DNA of 32,000 nucleotides from Pseudothioglobus sp. nBUS_23 (GTDB lineage: Bacteria > Pseudomonadota > Gammaproteobacteria > PS1 > Pseudothioglobaceae): positions 1,762,441-1,794,440 of the forward strand of contig NZ_CP179200.1 of assembly GCF_051201565.1 (NCBI RefSeq). Reading direction: 5' to 3'. Positions 10,034-17,558 of the stretch are shown piece after piece. Position 1 is the stretch's first letter. The number at the start of each line of letters is the position of its first letter. The position numbers were made by a program, and so were the translations under genes. The notes below the pieces were generated by a model that was not told the DNA's origin, searched no databases, and saw only the letters and a list, made by a program, of their open reading frames with translations.

Positions 10034-11647
10034 ATGAACAAAAATCCTGCTAATTTTGTCCCCCTAACTCCCATCTCTTTTTTACATAGAACCGCTGATA
10101 TTTATGGCGACTATAAGTCTGTCATATATGAGAACAGGTCATACACCTGGAGTCAGACCAGAGAAAGGTGTGTTAGAGTTGCTTCGAGCCTTAAGGGCCT
10201 CGGAATTGAAATAGGAGACACTATTTCAGTATTAGCATTCAACACTCCAGAAATGTTTGAGTCTCATTTTTCAATTCCAATGGCGGGCGCTATTTTAAAT
10301 ACGATAAATATTAGACTTGATGCGCCAACAATCGCCTACATTTTTGATGACAGCAATGCAAAAATTCTCTTCGTTGATAGAGAGCTTTATGCCGTTGCTT
10401 CTGAGGCGCTTTCAATTGCTTCAGTGAGTCCAAAAATCGTTTTAATTAATGACTCCTTTGCAAGCTCAGCTCCGGATGTTTCTGCTGACATATTAGATTA
10501 CGAGTCACTTGTTGACAACGGCGACCCACTTTATAACTGGACCATGCCAAGCGATGAATGGAGCCCATTGTCACTAAGCTATACATCTGGAACAACGGGA
10601 AAGCCAAAAGGTGTGGTCTATCATCATCGCGGCTCTTATTTAATGAGCATGGGCACTGTGGTAGGCTGGAACCTTCCCAACCACCCTATCTACCTATACT
10701 CAGTCCCTCTATTTCACTGCAACGGCTGGGGGCACGCCTGGACAATGGCTGCACTTGCTGGAACTGTGGTTTGCCTCAGGTCTTTCGACCCAGAAAAAGT
10801 ATTTGCCTTACTTGATGAATACCGTGTGACTCATTTTGGTGGCGCTCCAATTATGCTTAATATGCTTGCCAATGCCCCTACAGATATAAAAAAATCATTC
10901 GACAGGGAAATCAAAGTCATGACCGCTGGCGCCCCTCCTCCTGCGAAAGTCTTAGAAAGCATGATGTCGCTTGGATTTAATGTAATGCATGTGTATGGTC
11001 TTACAGAGACCTATGGTCACATTCTGCAAGCAGCCCCTCAAGCATCGTGGCTTAATGAAAGTCCGGCAGAGCTTGCAAAGCTAAGCTCAAGACAGGGGGT
11101 TAGATTTCCCATGACTGAGGATGTTAGCGTGATAGATCAAGATACTGGTGAGCGCGTGCCTCATGATGGAGAAACCATTGGTGAAATTGTGATACGCTGC
11201 AACACCTGCATGATGGGCTATTGGAATAATCCCGAGGCCACGGAAGAAGCTTTTGCTGATGACTGGTTTCACAGTGGTGACCTAGCAGTCATTTATGATG
11301 ATGGCTATATACAGATTAAAGACAGATCAAAGGACATTATCATTTCAGGTGGAGAGAATATCTCATCGGTTGAAGTCGAAAATATTCTTTACCAACACCC
11401 CTCAGTGGGTGAAGCTGCAGTTGTTGCAATGGCAGACGAAACTTGGGGCGAAGTACCCTGTGCTTTTGTTGAACTCAAGCCCAATCAAGAAGCCTCTGAG
11501 GCTGAACTTATAGCTTTTTGTAAAAACAGTATGGCTAAATTTAAACGACCTAAAAAAATTGTTTTTGGCCCGCTTCCAAAAACTGCAACCGGGAAGATTC
11601 AAAAACACGAGCTTAGGGCCGCTGTAAAGAGCCTGGGAGGAGAATAA
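10034..11647 (+). CDS. AMP-forming acyl-CoA synthetase (short/medium-chain type; DmdB-like architecture)
   Basis: 537 aa. AMP-binding motif YTSGTTGKPKGVVYHHRG, YGLTET, GDL...DGY.QIKDRSKDIIISGGENISS, and a terminal KTATGKIQK lysine. Confidence 0.9.
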   Translation: MNKNPANFVPLTPISFLHRTADIYGDYKSVIYENRSYTWSQTRERCVRVASSLKGLGIEIGDTISVLAFNTPEMFESHFSIPMAGAILNTINIRLDAPTIAYIFDDSNAKILFVDRELYAVASEALSIASVSPKIVLINDSFASSAPDVSADILDYESLVDNGDPLYNWTMPSDEWSPLSLSYTSGTTGKPKGVVYHHRGSYLMSMGTVVGWNLPNHPIYLYSVPLFHCNGWGHAWTMAALAGTVVCLRSFDPEKVFALLDEYRVTHFGGAPIMLNMLANAPTDIKKSFDREIKVMTAGAPPPAKVLESMMSLGFNVMHVYGLTETYGHILQAAPQASWLNESPAELAKLSSRQGVRFPMTEDVSVIDQDTGERVPHDGETIGEIVIRCNTCMMGYWNNPEATEEAFADDWFHSGDLAVIYDDGYIQIKDRSKDIIISGGENISSVEVENILYQHPSVGEAAVVAMADETWGEVPCAFVELKPNQEASEAELIAFCKNSMAKFKRPKKIVFGPLPKTATGKIQKHELRAAVKSLGGE

Positions 11648-13401
11648 TGTCAAACTATACTGCGCCTGTCGAAGACATGGGTTTTGTATTAAAAGAAGTT
11701 GTTGAGATTGAAAAACTTTGTAATGAAACTGGTTTAGATGGCTCCACCGTTGAAATTCTTGATACAGTCCTGGAGGCTGCGGGAAAGCTTGCAAAAGAAG
11801 AGATAGAGCCAATCAATAAACCTGGTGATTCTGAAGGCTTACAAATTGATGGCTCAGGAAAAGTTACTACTGCAGCTGGCTTTAGAGAGGCCTATCAGCA
11901 CTTTGTTGAGGGGGGCTGGGGCTCACTGCAATTCTCGCCAACCTATGGGGGACAGGGCGTCCCATTTGTGGTCGCTGCAAGTGTTCAAGAGATGTGGCAT
12001 TCTGCAAATATGTCTTGGGGGCTATGCCCGCTACTTACTCAAGGAGCAGTCGAAGCAATCACATTGAATGCAAGCGAAGAACTTAAACAGCGCTACCTTC
12101 CAAAGCTAATTTCAGGAGAGTGGAGTGGAACAATGAATCTCACTGAAGGTGATGCTGGTACTGATGTGGGCTCACTTAAAACTAAGGCTGTCCCTAATGG
12201 AGACCATTACTTAATTCGTGGACAAAAAATTTATATCACCTGGGGTGAGCATGATATGTCCGAGAATATTATTCATTTGGTATTAGCGCGTTTGCCAGGT
12301 GCCCCAGCAGGAATTAAAGGTATTTCATTATTTTTAGTGCCAAAGCTTTTAGTGAATGAGGATGGCACACTTGGCAATACTAATGACTTAAAAGCGTTGT
12401 CCATCGAACATAAAATTGGTATTCATGCCTGCCCTACATGTGTCATGAGTTATGGTGAAGAAAGTGGTGCAATTGGCTATTTAATTGGCGAGGAAAACAA
12501 AGGCATCCAGTGCATGTTCACGATGATGAATAATGCAAGACTTACTGTTGGGCTCCAGGGCGTATCGGTATCTGAGCGCGCCTATCAGCAGGCACTAAAT
12601 TTTTGCAATGAACGAGTTCAGGGCGTTGCTCCTGGCTTTAAGGAGCCCGGGCCCATTATTAGGCATCCAGATGTTCAAAGAATGCTTGCTAACATGAAGT
12701 CAATCACACAGGCCTCTCGAGCACTGACTTATGCTGCTTGTGCAGAGGTTGACTACTCCTTAAGCAGCCTCCCGCTCGAAAACCTTGAAATGCACGAAAG
12801 AAGGCTTGGGTTTTTAACTCCAATTGTCAAAGGCTGGTGTACAGAAACTGCGCAAGAGGTTGCCTCAGTTAGTCTTCAGTGCCATGGTGGAATGGGCTAT
12901 GTCGAGGAGACAGGCATTGCACAAATCCTTAGAGATGCAAGAATCTTACCGATCTATGAGGGAACAAATGGCATTCAAGCAATGGACCTTGTGGGCAGAA
13001 AAATCATTACTGATAGTGGGCTTGGCGCCAATGAACTGATTGAAGATATGCGTGAATTTGCAATGAATCCAACGCTGACAGAAATGGTTTCAGGCTCTCA
13101 ATTAAAGCGCTTTATCAGTGCAATTGAAGATTTTGAAAAAACAGTTTCGATCATTCTGAATCGCTCTGATAACAAGGAGCTTGTTGGGAAACTGGCTTTT
13201 GATACGCTAATGATGGCAGGCACCATAATAGCATCTTGGCAAATGCTATTAAGTCTTGAAAAAGCATCAAATGCGCTTAATAATAAATCGCTGTCTTCTG
13301 AGTTTTTTAATGAAAAGTCTGAGACTGTATCGCACTTTATGGACTTTATATTGCCTCGATATTTCTCAAACTTTGCAACAATAACTGCTATCACAAGCTA
13401 A
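11647..13401 (+). CDS. Long-form acyl-CoA dehydrogenase with extra N- and C-terminal helical domains (DmdC-like architecture)
   Basis: 584 aa. N-terminal Y.AP..DM.FVL motif, MNLTEGDAGTDVG, and IYEGTNGIQAMDLVGRK near the FAD/catalytic region. The start overlaps the ligase stop (TAATG). Confidence 0.9.
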   Translation: MSNYTAPVEDMGFVLKEVVEIEKLCNETGLDGSTVEILDTVLEAAGKLAKEEIEPINKPGDSEGLQIDGSGKVTTAAGFREAYQHFVEGGWGSLQFSPTYGGQGVPFVVAASVQEMWHSANMSWGLCPLLTQGAVEAITLNASEELKQRYLPKLISGEWSGTMNLTEGDAGTDVGSLKTKAVPNGDHYLIRGQKIYITWGEHDMSENIIHLVLARLPGAPAGIKGISLFLVPKLLVNEDGTLGNTNDLKALSIEHKIGIHACPTCVMSYGEESGAIGYLIGEENKGIQCMFTMMNNARLTVGLQGVSVSERAYQQALNFCNERVQGVAPGFKEPGPIIRHPDVQRMLANMKSITQASRALTYAACAEVDYSLSSLPLENLEMHERRLGFLTPIVKGWCTETAQEVASVSLQCHGGMGYVEETGIAQILRDARILPIYEGTNGIQAMDLVGRKIITDSGLGANELIEDMREFAMNPTLTEMVSGSQLKRFISAIEDFEKTVSIILNRSDNKELVGKLAFDTLMMAGTIIASWQMLLSLEKASNALNNKSLSSEFFNEKSETVSHFMDFILPRYFSNFATITAITS

Positions 13402-13419
13402 TTAATAGATTACGTACTA

Positions 13420-13448
13420 TTGCAATAATATTGCGTTTACGTTATATT
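13420..13448 (+). promoter_or_regulatory. Putative sigma70 promoter (TTGCAA - 17 nt - TATATT) overlapped by a Fur-family-type 7-1-7 inverted repeat, TGCAATA A TATTGCG at 13421-13435 (candidate Zur operator)
   Basis: Read directly. One mismatch in the palindrome. It lies 43-57 nt upstream of the first ATG of an operon whose last gene is a Fur-family regulator. The symmetry resembles the gammaproteobacterial Zur box TGTTATAATATAACA, with symmetric substitutions. Confidence 0.45.
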
Positions 13449-13477
13449 ATCCTGTTTTTATCTTAAAAGAGGCTCCC

Positions 13478-14128
13478 ATGTTTAAACTCAGCTTTCTATC
13501 TTTATTATTAGTTTCATCTTTTGCAAGCGCTGAAGAAGCAAGGCGCGCCAATGCGCATGTCCATGGACTAAATAATTTGTCAATGGTAATCAGTCAAAAT
13601 CAAGTTGCTGTTTCATACGAAATGCCAATAGTACAGCTACTTGATGACCATGATGAGCATGACGAGCACGATGAGCACGATGAGCATGACGAGCACGATG
13701 AGCATGACGAGCACGATGAGCATGACGAGCACGATGAGCATGACGAGCACGATGAGCATGACGAGCACGATGAGCACGATGAGCACGATGAGCACGAAGG
13801 ACATGATGACCATGATGAGCTAACTGTTTCAGATGAAACTTTAGCTACATTTAACAATTACTCGCAATTATTTGAATTCCCCAAAGGCGCTGGATGTAAT
13901 CTAACCTCTTTTGAATCTGGTCTTCACAGCGTCTCAACAGAAGGAGATCACAAAGACGTTGAATTATCTTATGAGTTTGCTTGCAGCAATCCAAGTCAGT
14001 TAAAGAGCCTTACTATCAATGCGTTTGATCGATTTAGCGAACTTGAAACTTTAAACTTTGAGGCGGTAATAAACAATAAAGCTCTAACAAAGAGCCTAAA
14101 ATCAGGTGCTAATAAAGTAATATTTTAA
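13478..14128 (+). CDS. Secreted His/Asp/Glu-rich metal-binding protein, DUF2796 / ZrgA / PA4063-like
   Basis: 216 aa. Signal peptide MFKLSFLSLLLVSSFASA, then an AHVHG motif and beta-rich core as I recall for DUF2796. Central (HDE)16-HEGHDDHDE tract. First gene of an ABC + DUF3299 + zur operon. Confidence 0.75.
   Translation: MFKLSFLSLLLVSSFASAEEARRANAHVHGLNNLSMVISQNQVAVSYEMPIVQLLDDHDEHDEHDEHDEHDEHDEHDEHDEHDEHDEHDEHDEHDEHDEHDEHDEHEGHDDHDELTVSDETLATFNNYSQLFEFPKGAGCNLTSFESGLHSVSTEGDHKDVELSYEFACSNPSQLKSLTINAFDRFSELETLNFEAVINNKALTKSLKSGANKVIF
13649..13792 (+). repeat. In-frame tandem repeat: 16 consecutive CAY-GAY-GAG (His-Asp-Glu) units, including five perfect copies of the 18-bp unit CATGACGAGCACGATGAG at 13685-13774
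   Basis: Counted codon by codon from the sequence. The acidic/His tract extends from 13643 to 13819. Confidence 0.98.
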
Positions 14129-14139
14129 ATGAGGGTCTG

Positions 14140-14799
14140 ATGTTACAAGCGCTAGGTCTGGAATACCATTATCAGCAGGGTAAAAAAATTGTATTTCCAG
14201 AAATAGAGATTGAAAGAGGGCAGAGATTATTAATTAGTGGTTTTTCAGGTTGTGGTAAAACAACCTTACTGAGCCTAATTGCTGGCGCCTTGCAGCTTCA
14301 GGTTGGTGACATTAAATTTGATGACCAAGATTACTCATCAATGTCCTCGCTGCTTTTGGATAGGCATAGAGCTGATCATATCGGCTATATTTTTCAAACA
14401 TTAAACCTCATCCCCTTTTTAAGTGTTTCTGAAAACATAGGATTAGGTATTCGATTCTCTCATTCTAGAAAATCCAGAGTTAGCAATCTAAATCAAGAAA
14501 TTAATAGGCTGGTAGACTCTTTAGGTCTAGACAAAGAGGTTTTAAACACGCCAGTCAACCGCTTAAGTGTTGGACAACAGCAAAGGGTTGCAGCAGCTAG
14601 AGCTCTTCTGGGCAAACCAGACTTAATTCTTGCGGACGAGCCTACCTCCGCCCTAGATTCTGACACAACTAAAAAGTTTCTAAATGAGATGATGGAAACC
14701 TTTGATGCCTCAAAACAGGCCATTATTATGGTCAGTCATGATGCCTCAATAGCACCCTACTTTGACTCTGTAATAGACTTTAATAAACACTATGCTTAG
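14140..14799 (+). CDS. ABC transporter ATP-binding protein (MacB/LolD-like; PA4064/ZrgB-like)
   Basis: 219 aa. Walker A GFSGCGKTT, signature LSVGQQQRVAAARAL, Walker B LILADEPTSALD, H-loop VSHD. Confidence 0.9.
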   Translation: MLQALGLEYHYQQGKKIVFPEIEIERGQRLLISGFSGCGKTTLLSLIAGALQLQVGDIKFDDQDYSSMSSLLLDRHRADHIGYIFQTLNLIPFLSVSENIGLGIRFSHSRKSRVSNLNQEINRLVDSLGLDKEVLNTPVNRLSVGQQQRVAAARALLGKPDLILADEPTSALDSDTTKKFLNEMMETFDASKQAIIMVSHDASIAPYFDSVIDFNKHYA

Positions 14800-16039
14800 T
14801 CTTTTGCTTAAATCAATGCGTTCAAGAATGATTCCAACTTCGCTTGTAACAATATCTTTAATGGCCTCGATGGTTCTGTTGCTCAGTATTGAGAGAATTC
14901 AACAAGGCGCAGAAGAGGGTTTTAATCAAAGCATTTCTGGTGTTGATGCGATTATCGGCCCAAGGTCTAGCTCTCTCGAATTAGTTTTATATACAGTTTT
15001 CCATCTGGGCAGGCCGACAAATAACATTACGACAGAAACTATCAATGATGTCAAACAAAGAAGCGATATTAGTTGGCTGGTTCCAATTGCATTAGGAGAT
15101 AGTCATAGAGGGTTTAGAGTTGTGGCTACTGAGCCAAACTACTTTAAACACATCAGGTATGGAAACAATCAGCCCCTAACCTTCTCAAAAGGCGTGCCTT
15201 TTGCTGAGCTATCTGAGGCAACCTTAGGCTCTGATGTTGCTGAAAAACTCAACTACAGCATTGGTTCAGAGATCCAAATCACTCATGGCTCAATTGAGTC
15301 AATAGGGAGCAAGCATGATGACTTTTCATTTAAGGTAACCGGCGTTCTTAATAAAACAGGCACCCCAATCGACCAGGCTGTCTTCCTCGATTTAAAGGGC
15401 TATGAGCTTCTTCACTTAGGCTGGAAAAGCGGAAAAAAAGTATTTAGTCTTGAAGATATTGACTTGTCTTCTCTTCCGCCTGAAGCTCTTAACCCAAAAA
15501 CAGTTACGGCTGCTTTTGTGGGTCTTAAATCAAAGCTAACTATATTTAACTTTAGCAAGAATATCAGAGAATATCCAGAGGAAGCGATATCCGCGGTTAT
15601 ACCAGGAATAGCCTTGTCTGAACTTTGGTCTATAGTTGGATTAGTTGACAAAGGGTTTCAGCTTTTAAGCTGGATAATAATTGCAATTAGCCTTATTGCA
15701 ATGGTCACCTTAATTATTGCAAGTCTAGACAACCGAAAACATGAAATGACAATATACAGGGCCAATGGGGCCTCCCCCAAATTTTTGGCCGCCATGGTAA
15801 TTTATGAATCACTTGTAATTGGCCTGGTGGCAATAATTGGTGCAATTATTCTTGTTACTGCTGTTACCTATTTCGCCACTAACCAGCTTAATTTGGCTTT
15901 AGGTATTTCTCCCTCGTTTAAATGGATTAGCCTAAATGAAATTAAAGTTTTCGGTATTATTTTATTGTCTGGAGTATTAAGCGGCTTAATTCCAGCAGTG
16001 ATGGTTTTTAGAAAGAATTTACATCAGGCATTGAGTTAA
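14792..16039 (+). CDS. ABC transporter permease, FtsX/MacB-type (4 TM with a large periplasmic domain; PA4065/ZrgC-like)
   Basis: 415 aa. One N-terminal TM, a hydrophilic domain of about 240 aa, then three C-terminal TMs (the FtsX-fold pattern). 8-nt overlap with the ATPase gene. Confidence 0.85.
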   Translation: MLSLLLKSMRSRMIPTSLVTISLMASMVLLLSIERIQQGAEEGFNQSISGVDAIIGPRSSSLELVLYTVFHLGRPTNNITTETINDVKQRSDISWLVPIALGDSHRGFRVVATEPNYFKHIRYGNNQPLTFSKGVPFAELSEATLGSDVAEKLNYSIGSEIQITHGSIESIGSKHDDFSFKVTGVLNKTGTPIDQAVFLDLKGYELLHLGWKSGKKVFSLEDIDLSSLPPEALNPKTVTAAFVGLKSKLTIFNFSKNIREYPEEAISAVIPGIALSELWSIVGLVDKGFQLLSWIIIAISLIAMVTLIIASLDNRKHEMTIYRANGASPKFLAAMVIYESLVIGLVAIIGAIILVTAVTYFATNQLNLALGISPSFKWISLNEIKVFGIILLSGVLSGLIPAVMVFRKNLHQALS

Positions 16040-16609
16040 ATGATAAATAGGCTGTTGGTTATCAGTTTAATTTTTCTCTCATTGGGCTCTTCTGCCATTG
16101 TAGTCACAGATGAGTACTTGACTACTATAGAAAATAACTGGCTAAGCCTTGAGCCAGATGATGCATATGATTTTATTCCCGAAGACCTCACTTATGAGAT
16201 GTACATGAGTGAAGAGTTTCAAGCTAAATTGGCTGCAGAGGGAACCAGGCTGAACAATTCTGTAGAGGGCAAGGATATTGCTCTTGCTGGGTTTATGGTT
16301 CCAATTGAGTATCAGGGCACTAGGATCAGTAAGTTTTTACTAGTTCCTGAAGCTGGGCAGTGTATTCATGTACCGCCTCCACCTTTGAATCAAACTTTAC
16401 TTGTAGATGTCACTGGCAGTCCTACAAAGTTTCGTGATTTGTACATGCCAATAATTGTTTATGGGAGAATATCTGTAGGATCGCAAAGCTTTGATCTTGC
16501 AGATAGTGGATATACCATTACTGATGCTGTTATTGAAACACTTCATTTTAGTGACGAAGAATATGCCAATGAAGATTATAGCTATAACCTAGAGGACCCT
16601 CATGATTAG
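16040..16609 (+). CDS. DUF3299-like exported protein (PA4066-like)
   Basis: 189 aa. N-terminal signal-like segment. The conserved FLLVPEAGQCIHVPPPPLNQ motif is, as I recall, diagnostic of DUF3299. The ATG directly follows the permease stop. Confidence 0.75.
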   Translation: MINRLLVISLIFLSLGSSAIVVTDEYLTTIENNWLSLEPDDAYDFIPEDLTYEMYMSEEFQAKLAAEGTRLNNSVEGKDIALAGFMVPIEYQGTRISKFLLVPEAGQCIHVPPPPLNQTLLVDVTGSPTKFRDLYMPIIVYGRISVGSQSFDLADSGYTITDAVIETLHFSDEEYANEDYSYNLEDPHD

Positions 16610-17018
16610 TAGATCAGAATTAATATCTAAATGTCTAGAAACGGGACGAAGCGCAACACCCCAAAGAATGTCAATTATTGACGAACTTTGCTCCTCCAAA
16701 AAAAATCTATCTGCTTATGACCTTAAGGACTCCCTTAAAGACAAAGGCCATTCATTTAATATTAGTACAATATATAGGGTTTTAGACTTTTGGATTGAAT
16801 TGGGTGTTGTTCATAAAATGGACTCAAGCAATACCTATTTGGTTTGTAATGATAGCCATACTAACCATTTCCATGTGTTGCTTCACTGTACTAGCTGCAA
16901 ATCAGTTCAAGAGTCTTGTCAGCTTTCAGCACAGCTCTCATTACCTGACAGCAATAAGTTTGCTGTTAATGATTCTCAGGCTGTTGAGATTAATGGCGTC
17001 TGCAACAAATGCCAATAA
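16602..17018 (+). CDS. zur: Fur-family metalloregulator, probably Zur
   Basis: 138 aa. Winged-helix N-terminal domain (TPQR..I...L; STIYRVLD), H.NHFH cluster, and two CxxC pairs (CTSC, CNKC) for structural Zn. 8-nt overlap with the upstream gene. The Zur call rests on operon context, not on sequence alone. Confidence 0.7.
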   Translation: MISRSELISKCLETGRSATPQRMSIIDELCSSKKNLSAYDLKDSLKDKGHSFNISTIYRVLDFWIELGVVHKMDSSNTYLVCNDSHTNHFHVLLHCTSCKSVQESCQLSAQLSLPDSNKFAVNDSQAVEINGVCNKCQ

Positions 17019-17024
17019 AAAAAG

Positions 17025-17546
17025 TTATCTATTAATTCTTACCATAAGCTCGTTTTTGCGAAATATGGAAATAACATAAGGAGCATTAAACTGAGCGACC
17101 ATAAAGTCTCCGCTTGTTTCAATACTATTTTGCTGGAGAAGCGTTGCAAATTTTTTTTGAAAACTCTTACTTCTAGACTCTGTCGCCCATCCCCCAAAAG
17201 GAAATACTGCAACCTCCCCCAAAGATTCTTTTTGGATTGAAACATTTTCTGTGTTGGACTTAGGAAGGTCTTTCAATGAGTGCTCGCTAGGCATCACAAA
17301 GGAAATATTGTAACTCTCTCGATTATCAGAAGGGCAGTCAGTAATTACAGGGGCAGTCATAGCGATTTTCATTTCCTTGTCATTGCCGCCAAAAATGTAA
17401 TTAGCAATTCTTCTGAAGCCAGATGATGTAGAGCCCTTGTAATCTGAGCGGACTGAAGTCGTTGCAATTATCATTTCATTGTAACGACGGATTTCGAATC
17501 CATTATATTCTGAGATTACTTGGTATTGAGGAGTTTCAAGAGCCAT
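17025..17546 (-). CDS. SOUL heme-binding family protein
   Basis: 173 aa. ETPQY.V......FEIRRY, GF..IA.YIFGGN......IAMTAPV and FGGWA motifs typical of SOUL/HBP proteins. No signal peptide is evident. Confidence 0.8.
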   Translation of the reverse strand: MALETPQYQVISEYNGFEIRRYNEMIIATTSVRSDYKGSTSSGFRRIANYIFGGNDKEMKIAMTAPVITDCPSDNRESYNISFVMPSEHSLKDLPKSNTENVSIQKESLGEVAVFPFGGWATESRSKSFQKKFATLLQQNSIETSGDFMVAQFNAPYVISIFRKNELMVRINR

Positions 17547-17558
17547 GTAAAGTTAAAT

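Noticed and set aside
13649-13792. Possible CRISPR-like array because of the perfectly periodic short repeats
   Set aside because: The units are contiguous 9/18-bp repeats with no spacers. They lie in frame inside a CDS, and no cas genes are present.
13600-13857. Antisense ORF encoding (SSC)n and the +2-frame ORF 13641-13823 encoding (MTSTMS)n
   Set aside because: Both are frame shadows of the HDE repeat. They have no RBS and no sequence outside the repeat. The sense frame has a signal peptide, a flanking conserved domain and operon context.
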